A stretch of DNA of 64,000 nucleotides, taken from positions 211,301 through 275,300 of IMG/VR virus record IMGVR_UViG_3300020122_000238; one strand, written 5' to 3'. The first letter of the stretch is position 1, and the number at the start of each line of letters is the position of its first letter. The notes below the pieces were generated by a model. That model was not told where the DNA came from and did not search any database. It was given only the letters and a program-made list of their open reading frames with translations. Made by a program: the position numbers and the translations under genes. Of this stretch, positions 1-9,238 are shown piece by piece.

Positions 1-18
1 CCCAGTATAATTTTCCTC

Positions 19-65
19 GCATGGGGATCTATACAAGGCTCCCCACCTTGTATAGATCCCCATGC
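19..65. repeat. 20-bp perfect inverted repeat carrying two divergent start codons
   Basis: Arms 19-38 and 46-65 (GCATGGGGATCTATACAAGG / CCTTGTATAGATCCCCATGC), 7-nt loop. Each arm contains TTGTA-N9-ATG; the minus-strand ORF runs off the left edge. Confidence 0.9.
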
Positions 66-268
66 CCATCGAACTCTCTCCCCAGCTCATGAACACCCTC
101 GCCGGCTTGATCGGTGAAGGCGCTTCCATCGATGACCTGTTCGCCCGTCTGCGGGAGGAAGGGGACATCCCGGAACACGAGTTTCCGGGCATCCTCTGCA
201 AGGTGCTGACGACCACCTTGGCGGAGAACACCAACAACTTCCGCAACCAGCTCGTGAAGTTCCTGTGA
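62..268 (+). CDS. hypothetical protein
   Basis: 68-aa ORF, GC3-rich codons, TTGTA 9 nt upstream, GTGA overlap with next gene. Confidence 0.75.
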   Translation: MPIELSPQLMNTLAGLIGEGASIDDLFARLREEGDIPEHEFPGILCKVLTTTLAENTNNFRNQLVKFL

Positions 269-543
269 ACCTCGAAATTCACGACAACACGACGGATGAG
301 GGGGGCACCTTGATAGGAGTCGCCAGAAATCTGGACTACATGTACCAGGCGGAGCAGTGGGTGATCGACTCCAAGGACGAGAGGCGGGTCGCTCGCTTCG
401 TCCTGTTCTCGGGCCCTATGACGCCGATTCGCGAATGGCGTATGGTCAACGGAGAGCCGAGCGACGTCCCCATCACGCCGGGGACGGTCGCCGATCCCCG
501 AACGTTCGCCCGCGAGACAACGGACCGAACATGTAGAGGTTGA
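265..543 (+). CDS. hypothetical protein
   Basis: 92-aa ORF coupled to previous gene. Confidence 0.7.
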   Translation: MNLEIHDNTTDEGGTLIGVARNLDYMYQAEQWVIDSKDERRVARFVLFSGPMTPIREWRMVNGEPSDVPITPGTVADPRTFARETTDRTCRG

Positions 544-573
544 TCGGCAGCTCCCTCGGACTGTAGGACGGGC
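540..573 (+). promoter_or_regulatory. class A putative promoter TTGATC-N15-CTGTA-N8-ATG (representative copy)
   Basis: TTGATC 540-545, CTGTA 561-565, ATG 574. The same geometry recurs about 15 times in the window. Confidence 0.75.
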
Positions 574-807
574 ATGAACACTGAAGAAATGGTGGACGCC
601 CTATTCGCCAACAAGCCCGTGAAAGTCAGAGTGCCCGAAACGGGCCTGGCGTTCACGATCGCTCCGAAGAGGGGGTCTTTCGGGATCCTGTTCTTCGGGA
701 TCATCCCCGAGGGAAAGAAGCGCGCTCTGAAAACTCATGGGTACATGCTCATGGGGCGGAATGAGATGTGGGCCTGGGTAAACAGTCTTGAGTCCGTGGA
801 GAACTGA
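574..807 (+). CDS. hypothetical protein
   Basis: 77-aa ORF directly after class A motif. Confidence 0.75.
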   Translation: MNTEEMVDALFANKPVKVRVPETGLAFTIAPKRGSFGILFFGIIPEGKKRALKTHGYMLMGRNEMWAWVNSLESVEN

Positions 808-808
808 C

Positions 809-1168
809 ATGTTGAGCACCATTGAACGAGCCATTGCTCTCAGAACGCACTACCGGGAAATCCTGGTCGCTCGCAACGGACACTGGGGTACTTGCTCTGG
901 GTGCCCTCGCGACGAAGATGGTGTCCCACACCCTGGACGCTGTTCGGAGTATTCGCGATCCGATCATCACATTCCGGCCAGCGAAACGCATCGTGGTGAA
1001 GGCGTAAACACGACCGAAGCCATCGCTGCATTGGCTCGGGTTCTTTACGAGCGCGCTCCGAAGCCTGTGAAGACTGGCCACGCGGAAGCCGACGCGAAAG
1101 CGGAATGGCTGGCTGCGTGGGGCTGTGTGGAAGAAGCCGAGAAGAAATTTTATCCTCCTCGTGGTTGA
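809..1168 (+). CDS. hypothetical protein
   Basis: ORF; ATG 809 follows the previous stop. Confidence 0.65.
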   Translation: MLSTIERAIALRTHYREILVARNGHWGTCSGCPRDEDGVPHPGRCSEYSRSDHHIPASETHRGEGVNTTEAIAALARVLYERAPKPVKTGHAEADAKAEWLAAWGCVEEAEKKFYPPRG

Positions 1169-1198
1169 TCGACAGCCACCCCCGACTGTAGGACTCCC

Positions 1199-1561
1199 AT
1201 GACGACCACCAAGTACGACTTCACCAAGCTCACCGCGGACCTCAAGGCTGGCCTCCTCGTGGCCAAGCAGGTTGCGGCGGCCACCCACGACGGCGGCACC
1301 TGTAACTTCGACGCCCCCAAGTTCCACTTCGATCGTTCACCGTCCCCCAAGGTGCGGGCGGAGTTCGAGAAGGCCGCAACGGAAGCGGGGGTTCCCGGCT
1401 ACTGGACGGGGGACACGTTCGGCCGTCACCAAAACCGTCGCTTCGTCTTCGGTCCCGGGTGCGGCGGGCAGGGCCACTCGCGCACGAAGGCCGCGGAAGC
1501 TCTCAAGGATCACCTCGTCGCTGCGGGCTGGGACGTCAGCATGTACTACCAGGCGGACTGA
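1199..1561 (+). CDS. hypothetical protein
   Basis: 120-aa ORF, strong codon bias, class A motif at 1165-1190. Confidence 0.8.
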   Translation: MTTTKYDFTKLTADLKAGLLVAKQVAAATHDGGTCNFDAPKFHFDRSPSPKVRAEFEKAATEAGVPGYWTGDTFGRHQNRRFVFGPGCGGQGHSRTKAAEALKDHLVAAGWDVSMYYQAD

Positions 1562-1563
1562 TC

Positions 1564-1810
1564 ATGGGACGCCTGGTAGTTACCGTGAGGGGAGAATGCG
1601 AGCACCACAAGCGACGCGGACATCTACTGTGATGTCCGCGTCGCTTGTGGTGCAACGATCCTCCGCGTCGAGATGATAGGGGACTACCCCTCCACGGGCG
1701 CCCACATCTACGTGAAGTGCCAAAAATCTCCCGCCGAGCTGTCCGCGGCTATCGACGCTGCGGACGAGATCCCGCAATATTCAATCAGGACGGAAGTAGA
1801 GCGAAAATGA
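1564..1810 (+). pseudogene. small gene apparently split by a +1 frameshift
   Basis: ATG 1564 gives MGRLVVTVRGEC. The +1 frame continues STTSDADIYCDVRVACG...TEVERK and its stop overlaps the PurA-like ATG (ATGA). Confidence 0.5.
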
Positions 1811-3123
1811 GTAACGTAATCCTGATCGCGGGCCTCAACTACGGAGATGAGGGCAAGGGGACGACCGTCGACTACCTCGCTCGGAAGCACGAAGCGCACA
1901 CGGTCGTCCGCTACAACGGCGGAGCCCAAGCAGGCCATTCGGTGGTCCTGGAGGATGATCGGCACCACACCTTCGCCCAGTTCGGGAGCGCCACCTTCGT
2001 CCCTGGGGTGAAGACGCACCTCAGCCGGCACATGCTCATCAACCCGATCTTCATGATGTCTGAGGAGAAGCACCTCCGCACTGTCGGCGTCGAGGATGCC
2101 TTCGAACGGATGACCATCGAACGGGATGCGCTGATCACGACTCCCTACCATGTCGCCGCGAATCGCATCCGGGAGATGGCTCGCTCAAACCGCCACGGAT
2201 CTTGTGGGATGGGAATCGGCGAGACGGTGAGCAGTCACCTGTTCCACCCTCAAGAGGATCTCCGGATTGGGGATCTGGAAGGGCCAATCACCGCGCGATT
2301 GGAGCAGATCCGAGCGCGGTATTTGTGGGAGCTGGCTACTCTGCACATTCCCGAGTGCAAGTTCCGCGACTACGATTGCATCTGCCCGTTCAAGCATGAA
2401 TGGGGCATGCTCTTGAACAAGAGCCTTCTCCCCTTGATTGTGGGGTTGCTCACGGGATTTCTCAAGCTCCCGCTCAAGGTTGTCGATGAGACCTACCTCC
2501 CGCTCATCATGGGGGAAGGGACCACGATCTTCGAGGGTGCTCAGGGTGTCCTCCTTGATCAGGACTACGGGTTCCACCCCTACACGACCTGGTCCGACAC
2601 GACCTTCAGCAACGCCCTCAACCTGATCGAAGGCTTCTCTGGAGACGTAAGGAAGATCGGGATCGTTCGATCCTACATGACCCGGCACGGGGCGGGCCCA
2701 TTCGTCACGGAAGATGTCACCCTCCAGCTCCCCTCCACGAAGGTTGAGCACAACTCGCTCAATCCCTGGCAATCGAATTTCCGGGTGGGGCATTTCGACG
2801 CCTTCGCGACCAATTACGCCCTCAAGGTGATTGGGGGTGTCGACGAGATCGCCATGACACACTGCGATGTGCCAAGTAGTGGTAAAATTTGTGTTGGATA
2901 CAGGGGAGAGTTTACCCCCGAAGTGCTTCAGGATATGCCGCATGTGAAGCATATTCGTGAAGACCTCGACGTTCGTACGGGTATCACAAATGCTCTTTTC
3001 AATGTCTTTCCGGTGTACTTGACCGATGTGGCAGAGAAGGATTTCATCCCCAAAATTGAAGATTTCGTGGGGACTCCCATCACCATCAAGTCGTACGGCC
3101 CCACGGCCAAGGACAAGCGATAA
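1807..3123 (+). CDS. purA: adenylosuccinate synthetase (PurA)-family ligase, divergent
   Basis: Motifs GLNYGDEGKG, RYNGGAQAGH, GSCGMGIGE, FEGAQGVLLD, YMTRHGAGPF, FRVGHFD, THCD, SYGP; start at ATG 1807 (MSNVILIAG). Confidence 0.9.
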   Translation: MSNVILIAGLNYGDEGKGTTVDYLARKHEAHTVVRYNGGAQAGHSVVLEDDRHHTFAQFGSATFVPGVKTHLSRHMLINPIFMMSEEKHLRTVGVEDAFERMTIERDALITTPYHVAANRIREMARSNRHGSCGMGIGETVSSHLFHPQEDLRIGDLEGPITARLEQIRARYLWELATLHIPECKFRDYDCICPFKHEWGMLLNKSLLPLIVGLLTGFLKLPLKVVDETYLPLIMGEGTTIFEGAQGVLLDQDYGFHPYTTWSDTTFSNALNLIEGFSGDVRKIGIVRSYMTRHGAGPFVTEDVTLQLPSTKVEHNSLNPWQSNFRVGHFDAFATNYALKVIGGVDEIAMTHCDVPSSGKICVGYRGEFTPEVLQDMPHVKHIREDLDVRTGITNALFNVFPVYLTDVAEKDFIPKIEDFVGTPITIKSYGPTAKDKR

Positions 3124-4037
3124 TGGACCCCATCAAGATCATCCTCCCGCCCACCAGGCCCAAGCACGCGACGAACGCGTGGGAAGCCCTCATGGCGGAT
3201 GATGATGGTATCCTTGAGGGTGATACCGCGACCTTCACCTTCGACACGAAGGTTGCGGAAGGGGACCTCTGCGACATCTACCGAGGCACCTACAACGGCC
3301 GCCCGGCGGCTTTGAAGGTGTCCCATGGGGTCGACGTCAACGACCTCGTCGAGCATGAGGCGGACGTCATCCGGCACCTCTTCCCCGCAGAAGAGGCGAA
3401 CGTCGGGTTCCTCCGCTACCTCTCCAAGCTCAGCTACTCCTTCCATGACGAACGGGAGGGAAAGCGGATCAACGTCTTCCCCTGGCTCGGAGAACATGTC
3501 TCCGTCGCCGACATCCTGAAGGCGTATCCAGGCGGCATCGAGTACCAAAACATGGTCTGGATGTTCAAGCGTGGACTGGAAGGCCTCGGATACGTTCACG
3601 AAAAGAACGTCATTCACGGTGCGGTCCTCCCCCCGCATCTGCTGATCCATCCGGCCGACCACGGGGCCAAGCTGATCGACTGGTCCTACGCCGTCCTCAA
3701 CGCGGACGCACGACGGAACAAGGTCCGGGCCATGTCCGCACCCTGGAGGTCCTTCTATGCCCCCGAGATTCCCGGGAAAGGGATCCCGACGGCGGCGACG
3801 GATATCTACATGCTGGCCAAGTGCATGGTCGCTCTGCAAGGCGGGGACGTCACCACGGACGCGATGCCGGATACGACCCCAGAGCCCATTCAGAGGTTCT
3901 TGAGGGAGTGCCTGTCTCCCATGCAGCACCTTCGGCCGAACAGCGCATGGGATCTCGTCGAGGAGTTCAACGCGCTTCTTCGCTCCGTGATCGGCCCGCC
4001 GAAATACTTCAAGTTCGAGATGTCCCCCAAGGTGTAA
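3123..4037 (+). CDS. atypical Ser/Thr protein kinase-fold protein
   Basis: AALKV (Lys), VEHEA (Glu), VIHGAVLPPHLLI catalytic-loop variant, LIDWSY, FYAPE, TDIYML; TAATG-coupled to the PurA-like gene. Confidence 0.8.
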   Translation: MDPIKIILPPTRPKHATNAWEALMADDDGILEGDTATFTFDTKVAEGDLCDIYRGTYNGRPAALKVSHGVDVNDLVEHEADVIRHLFPAEEANVGFLRYLSKLSYSFHDEREGKRINVFPWLGEHVSVADILKAYPGGIEYQNMVWMFKRGLEGLGYVHEKNVIHGAVLPPHLLIHPADHGAKLIDWSYAVLNADARRNKVRAMSAPWRSFYAPEIPGKGIPTAATDIYMLAKCMVALQGGDVTTDAMPDTTPEPIQRFLRECLSPMQHLRPNSAWDLVEEFNALLRSVIGPPKYFKFEMSPKV

Positions 4038-4039
4038 TC

Positions 4040-4201
4040 ATGCTGAGTATGCAAAATATCCCGCCCGTCTGTGGGATCGTCATCGTGGTGGTTCTCATCC
4101 TCTCCGCTCTGGGGGTGGAAAATCGCTACTTGGGATACTTCATTATCGGAGCGGCGTTGGCCATGATTCTCGATGTGATCATCATGTGGGCACGTAAATA
4201 A
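4040..4201 (+). CDS. small two-TM membrane protein
   Basis: Two hydrophobic stretches; GGTGTA upstream. Confidence 0.55.
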   Translation: MLSMQNIPPVCGIVIVVVLILSALGVENRYLGYFIIGAALAMILDVIIMWARK

Positions 4202-4232
4202 CGTTCTCCCACTCTGGCCGTAGAGGAGTTCC

Positions 4233-4541
4233 ATGTTCAAATTCAACGGAGGCCGGGGCGCAACGATATGTGACTTCTGCCGGACCATGTTGACCAGCGG
4301 GTCCCGCCAGATTCGACCTTTTCTCACGGTCAAGATGATGGAAGGGTCCGAAGAGCATCTCGCTTTGGTCCACCTGTGTGACGCACAGTGCTTGGCCAAG
4401 AAGATCGACCGCGTGGTCGATCAGACCGAAGCGGGCTGGGGTGACGACCACGACTTCGGAGCTGAGAACCTGCAACTCCTGATCGCCGCCCTCAAAGAGC
4501 AAGGCGTCAGGGAGGCTCGCCGTATCACGCAGCCTCGATAA
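4233..4541 (+). CDS. hypothetical protein (CxxC, HxC)
   Basis: ORF with GGAG Shine-Dalgarno-like element. Confidence 0.65.
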   Translation: MFKFNGGRGATICDFCRTMLTSGSRQIRPFLTVKMMEGSEEHLALVHLCDAQCLAKKIDRVVDQTEAGWGDDHDFGAENLQLLIAALKEQGVREARRITQPR

Positions 4542-4597
4542 ACACAGCACACACCTAAAGTATTGACCTACCTCACGTCATACGTCAATATGTACGT

Positions 4598-5299
4598 ATG
4601 GGACGTCCTGCCACAGACCTGACGGATTTCAGGTCTGGTAAACTAACAGCCACACATCGAGAAGGGAGCACTGCTCAAGGAGCTGCTCTCTGGTTCTGCC
4701 GTTGCGATTGCGGGGAATTCGTACTCGTTCGAGGCACCAAGCTCAAATCAGGACAGATACAATCCTGTGGGTGCGGGATGCGTGAGTACCAAAACAGCCC
4801 AAAAGACTGGGAGATTCACGGTCAGGCGGGCACCCCAAAACGCAAGCCCACATCACTTTACAACACCTGGACCCTGATGCGATCCAGGTGTTGTAAAGTG
4901 AGAAACCCTGACTATCCGTCATATGGCGGGCGGGGGGTACAAGTGTGTGAAAGATGGCTAAATAGCTTCACGGCTTTCCAAGAAGATATGGGGCCGAAGC
5001 CGGGAGCCTCATACACAATCGATCGTATCGATGTCAACGGGAACTACACCCCCGAAAATTGTAGGTGGGCCACACGTAAAGAACAGGCGAGAAACCGCCG
5101 AGATAATGTCTTTGTGTCTTACGAAGGTGAGACGCTGTGCCTCACAAACTGGTCCGAACGTTTCGGGGTTGCAGCTAGAGACATCAAACGAAGGCTGTAC
5201 TTGGGCTGGTCTATTGAGCGAGCCCTGAGAGAACCTTCTCGTATGCTACCCAAGAGGCGACATGGTGACTCCGAAAGAAGTGGGCTGGGGATCGTATAA
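4598..5299 (+). CDS. free-standing HNH homing endonuclease-like protein
   Basis: CRCDCG...SCGC, YGGRGVQVCERW, TIDRIDVNGNYTPENCRWATRKEQARNRR; lower GC than neighbours; paralog of 28305-28940. Confidence 0.85.
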   Translation: MGRPATDLTDFRSGKLTATHREGSTAQGAALWFCRCDCGEFVLVRGTKLKSGQIQSCGCGMREYQNSPKDWEIHGQAGTPKRKPTSLYNTWTLMRSRCCKVRNPDYPSYGGRGVQVCERWLNSFTAFQEDMGPKPGASYTIDRIDVNGNYTPENCRWATRKEQARNRRDNVFVSYEGETLCLTNWSERFGVAARDIKRRLYLGWSIERALREPSRMLPKRRHGDSERSGLGIV

Positions 5300-6389
5300 A
5301 TCCTATGAAGGACCGATTTGGCTCGGTCGCGATACCCCCTACAAGATGCCCGACGCCCCTACAAGTGCGGAGAAAGTGATGACTGTCATCACAAGTACGG
5401 AAGGGGGGTCCTTCTCAGCGATCAACATGTACGACCGCATGGTTATTTCATGCGGCATTTTGCAGTGGGGCGAGGCAGGCCAGTACAGCGTCTCCGATAT
5501 GATCGGGGCCATCGTTGACCAGGCAGGGGGCTTCCCGAAGCCTTTCCAAACCCAGCTCTCCAACGTCGACATCAACTTCGAGAAGAACGCCAAGGGGCGC
5601 TGGAGGTTCTTCTTCCGGGACTTCCGAGGTGAGGTCGACCGTCTCGGAGAGCAGAAGCAGCTCTTCTTGCTCCGCTCGAATGGCCTGAAGGGGACATGGG
5701 ACGAGGGCTCCAAGGAGTACGCCAAGAGCTGGGCAGCGGCTATCGCGAGCACCCTGGCACTCCCCGAGGCGCAGAAGGTCCAGGTTGCCTTCACGGTCCC
5801 GAAACTCTTGAGCTTCATCACGCCCGAGGCCCATGCGATCCTTTGGGAAGGGTCTCTCACGACGGACGCATCCGCCATGTCTTCTGGCTGGATCGGGGCT
5901 CTCCGTTCGGCCTACCTTTCCTTCGCCGCCAATCTCCCCATGGTCGCAAGCAACCAGCTCAAGATCGCGGTCGCGAAGTCAAAGGCTCCGAAGTGGTCCT
6001 CGGACTGGTGCATCGACATCTTGAAGCAGCTCACCTTTGGGCCGCAGATCACGATCTACCCGGTCCGCTACAACGGGATCCGGCCGGTCATTGAGCGGAT
6101 CTACGGTGTGGACCTACCTGACTTCGCTGCGGATCTCCAGGCATGGAGCGCGAAGCTGGGGATCGACCCGACGGATTCGATGCCTCCTTTCCTGACCCCG
6201 AAAGAGATTCAGATGGAGCTGATCGCAGAGGGTTATGACCTCGGGCCGGCGGGAGCTGATGGGCGGATTGGGGTCAAGACCACGGATGCCTTGTTTGCAT
6301 TCCAGGCAATACACGGGCTCAAGGTCGACGGAATCATCGGACCCATGACCCGCAAGGCTCTTCTGGCCGAGTGGCAGCGGCGGAACTAG
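5262..6389 (+). CDS. putative endolysin / peptidoglycan hydrolase with C-terminal PG-binding domain
   Basis: N-terminal TEGG..AIN.YD..S.GILQW lysozyme-like motif; C-terminal GYDLGPAGADGRIG...FQAIHGLKVDGIIGP PG_binding_1-type motif. Confidence 0.7.
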   Translation: MVTPKEVGWGSYKSYEGPIWLGRDTPYKMPDAPTSAEKVMTVITSTEGGSFSAINMYDRMVISCGILQWGEAGQYSVSDMIGAIVDQAGGFPKPFQTQLSNVDINFEKNAKGRWRFFFRDFRGEVDRLGEQKQLFLLRSNGLKGTWDEGSKEYAKSWAAAIASTLALPEAQKVQVAFTVPKLLSFITPEAHAILWEGSLTTDASAMSSGWIGALRSAYLSFAANLPMVASNQLKIAVAKSKAPKWSSDWCIDILKQLTFGPQITIYPVRYNGIRPVIERIYGVDLPDFAADLQAWSAKLGIDPTDSMPPFLTPKEIQMELIAEGYDLGPAGADGRIGVKTTDALFAFQAIHGLKVDGIIGPMTRKALLAEWQRRN

Positions 6390-6449
6390 AGGAGGCGCCA
6401 AGTCGGAAGATGTAGGAGCTTGGGCGCATCCCACATCTTCACACCGACA

Positions 6450-7139
6450 TCAGATCGTCGGGATGGTCATCGACTCGACCGGCTCATCGACGGCCTCCGG
6501 CTTCAAGATGTCCGCGGTCGTGAAGCTCGGGATGTGCGTGCCGAACCAGCGAACAGCAACCCCCATGCGGAGCTGGCTCTCCTTGGAGCCGCCCTCGCAT
6601 GTGCCGCTCGCATAGGCCCGGAGACCCTCCAGCGTGCCAAGACGTGAGCACGAAGCCACCGACGACTTCATCAAGTGATGCGCCGCTCGAAAGCACTTCT
6701 TCCGATCCGCTAGCAGCTCGTCAGCCGTCCACCCAATCTGGACATCGGCTGCATCATCGTAGGGAGAAGCCCAGCGACTCAGGGTCTTGTTCCAGTCCCT
6801 CGTTCGCCCCTTACCCACGTTGATCTGCATCAAGCAGACGCTCTTCCCACCGTCGCCTCGAAGGAGGCCATTGTCCACCTTCGAGGCGAAACGACCCGAC
6901 TCAAAGTAGGCCCCTCCGAGCATTGCCGCAGCCGTGCGAACAAGCCCATGGTCTGGACCTTTTGCCGGGGTGCTGTAGAAAGAAGGCTCGCTCATGACCA
7001 CTTCAGCAAGGTCTTGGGCAGTCTGCTCATACCGTGCCTGGGTTTGCTCGGGAGTTTCGAGACCTCCCCCATATTGGGTGTGACCCGGCGGAGACTTAGT
7101 CACCAAGAACGTCAGGATCCAAGAAACAAGCAACTTCAC
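6450..7139 (-). CDS. secreted lysozyme/transglycosylase-fold protein
   Basis: Signal-peptide-like N-terminus after AGGAGG; FES...GDGGKSVCLMQIN resembles the ES/GLMQI motifs. Confidence 0.55.
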   Translation of the reverse strand: MKLLVSWILTFLVTKSPPGHTQYGGGLETPEQTQARYEQTAQDLAEVVMSEPSFYSTPAKGPDHGLVRTAAAMLGGAYFESGRFASKVDNGLLRGDGGKSVCLMQINVGKGRTRDWNKTLSRWASPYDDAADVQIGWTADELLADRKKCFRAAHHLMKSSVASCSRLGTLEGLRAYASGTCEGGSKESQLRMGVAVRWFGTHIPSFTTADILKPEAVDEPVESMTIPTI

Positions 7140-7224
7140 AATCAACCTCCTGAAAGCCTGACCCAAAAAGGGTAGGGCTGGCCTTTCTACACCAGATAAA
7201 GTCTAAATCAAGAGAAATCGACGT

Positions 7225-7270
7225 AATTATGAGCCTTTTGGGGATCCACACCCCCAAAAGGCTCATAATT
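7225..7270. repeat. 19-bp perfect inverted repeat in divergent intergenic region
   Basis: AATTATGAGCCTTTTGGGG (7225-7243) / CCCCAAAAGGCTCATAATT (7252-7270). Confidence 0.9.
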
Positions 7271-7305
7271 TCTAGAACGCCTACACTTCTGGTGTAGACG
7301 CCCTT

Positions 7306-7821
7306 GTGACCATCGACGCAAAGAAGCTCCGGGCGATTCACGAGATGTTCCTGTGCAAGTCTCCGGACTCGACTCAAGAACTCCTCTACACAGCATACCC
7401 CAAAGCACGAGGTTTCTCCCACAATGAACGGAATCTAGCGGTTCTCGACGCGACCATCATTTTGGGGCTAGCTCAGACGTGGCCGGAAAACGAAGAGGAA
7501 CCGAACCAGGTGTTTTTCTTGGTCCGGTCCGCAGACGAGCTGGTCTGGTGTCTGAAAAGGCTCAAGGAGATCGCCAGAGGCTTCTTCGAGCGCCTCAAGC
7601 AGATGCCCAGTCAGAAGGAGGCCAAGGTGCAAGCGGCAAAGCTCATTGCCTCTTTCTTCAACAACCTTCGTATCGGGATCTCCACTCAGTTTGACGAGCC
7701 CCCGGCAAACTGGGTGTCCTTTAGCTACCTCGCATCCGACCCGGTCCCGACCTGGATGCGAGACAAGCTTATCCCTGTGCCTGTGCAACAGGACATGTTC
7801 GCCGGAGTCGAGGAGCAGTGA
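7306..7821 (+). CDS. hypothetical protein
   Basis: GTG start 9 nt after GGTGTA. Confidence 0.7.
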   Translation: MTIDAKKLRAIHEMFLCKSPDSTQELLYTAYPKARGFSHNERNLAVLDATIILGLAQTWPENEEEPNQVFFLVRSADELVWCLKRLKEIARGFFERLKQMPSQKEAKVQAAKLIASFFNNLRIGISTQFDEPPANWVSFSYLASDPVPTWMRDKLIPVPVQQDMFAGVEEQ

Positions 7822-7913
7822 GTATGTCCAGAGAGTAGACTTTCACGTTTTCCGTCTAGTACGTGATCCAACATACTAGACGATACCCGTCGAAGTCGGT
7901 GTAACCTCTCCCC

Positions 7914-8729
7914 ATGTATGACGATGCCTCGCTGGACGATTACTGGGCCATGTTGCGGCCCCCCGAGCCCATGCCGTCCCCTGTGATCTCCCTTGAGACC
8001 GCTACCGAATGGCTGAAAACCATTGGGGCTCCGAGACATTCTCCCCTCTTGGTAGTCCCTGGTACATCTGTGGAGCGTTGCAGCGTTTTTCGGGCTCTGG
8101 GGAAAGTCGTGGACAGCACCTACTTCGAGTGCGACCTGGAAAACGCCTCCTGGTTAGAGGTGGGTCTCGACACGACCATCGCAGCTCTCGTCTCCTGTCA
8201 GGACCTCGATCTGGAGGGCACCATTCGAACGATGGCTGACACGTCCCATTACCTGGAGCATGACGTGTACCGGATTCTCTGGGAAATTCGGTTCTTGCGT
8301 CGTGAAGATCGGCATCAAGCGGACGAGCTGTTCGATATCTTCCGGCGATTGGTCCGTGACACACAACTTCGAGAACATGAGGTTCGGAGGCTCCGGGACC
8401 TTGGCATCTCGAAGTTCATCTTCTCTTTCCGGGAGAAAGTGGAAGTGCTGTGCTTCCTCCGCACCCTCGCCTCTCAGAACGAAATCCCGAGTCGCCTGGT
8501 TCTTTCTTTCGACGGGTTGGACCAGGCCATACAAGCTGAGAACAAGGGGGTTCTTCGCCAGCTCGTGATGCTCATCTCTGAAGTCCGACGTTGGACGCTA
8601 ATCACCAGTTGCCCGATTGGCATCCTCCTGGGTTTTTCAGCGGCCCGAAGTAATACCGCAAAACTCCGCAAGCTCAATCAGAATCTCACCGCCGAAATGG
8701 AGGCCGGGCTCGCCTGGACCAAGTCATGA
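7914..8729 (+). CDS. hypothetical protein with N-terminal acidic-W tag
   Basis: Begins MYDDASLDDYWAMLRPPEP; GGTGTA 10 nt upstream. Confidence 0.75.
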   Translation: MYDDASLDDYWAMLRPPEPMPSPVISLETATEWLKTIGAPRHSPLLVVPGTSVERCSVFRALGKVVDSTYFECDLENASWLEVGLDTTIAALVSCQDLDLEGTIRTMADTSHYLEHDVYRILWEIRFLRREDRHQADELFDIFRRLVRDTQLREHEVRRLRDLGISKFIFSFREKVEVLCFLRTLASQNEIPSRLVLSFDGLDQAIQAENKGVLRQLVMLISEVRRWTLITSCPIGILLGFSAARSNTAKLRKLNQNLTAEMEAGLAWTKS

Positions 8730-9235
8730 TCCGGATCAATTTCACTTGCGATGTTGTCGAACTCGAACCGCTCAACACTGACGAGTACGACGGCCTGCTC
8801 ATGGTGATCTCCACAGCCACCACCCCGATTGGAGGGAATGACCAGGTGAAACATCAGGATACGGCGACGGGGGAATGGGACGACATCCCTGTTTCTGCGG
8901 GGGCCCGCTCAACAGGGGGGTTGGTCTTCCGGGAGCGGCAAGTCACTCTGCCGGGGAAGTACCTGATCCGCTCCGCGATCCGCAATGGGAAAGAGCCCTT
9001 CAGGACTTTCGACCTCTTCCTCGAACATCTGGGAGACCGAAATGCCCGCCTCACGGTCGAGCCTGGAAGCACCCTTGCGTTCTGGATCATGGGCAACTTC
9101 GACCCGATCTTGATCGGTGCAGAGCGTACGATCATTCACATCGAGAATGGGCAAATCACGTTGATCGACACAGGGAAGCCGAGCGATCAGCGCCGTCCGA
9201 CCGCCTGGGAGAAAATGGACGACGACGACATCTAG
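8726..9235 (+). CDS. hypothetical protein with C-terminal PTAW-acidic tag
   Basis: Ends RRPTAWEKMDDDDI; ATGA-coupled. Confidence 0.8.
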   Translation: MIRINFTCDVVELEPLNTDEYDGLLMVISTATTPIGGNDQVKHQDTATGEWDDIPVSAGARSTGGLVFRERQVTLPGKYLIRSAIRNGKEPFRTFDLFLEHLGDRNARLTVEPGSTLAFWIMGNFDPILIGAERTIIHIENGQITLIDTGKPSDQRRPTAWEKMDDDDI

Positions 9236-9238
9236 CTC

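Noticed and set aside
1807-3123. PurZ / 2-aminoadenine (Z-genome) pathway
   Set aside because: The signature is GDEGKG with Asp (PurA type), not the Ser-containing PurZ motif, and no DatZ/MazZ-like genes were recognised in the window.
7914-8729. BREX BrxD-like ATPase (LVLSFDGLDQ)
   Set aside because: Only a Walker-B-like patch; no Walker A motif and no BREX neighbours.
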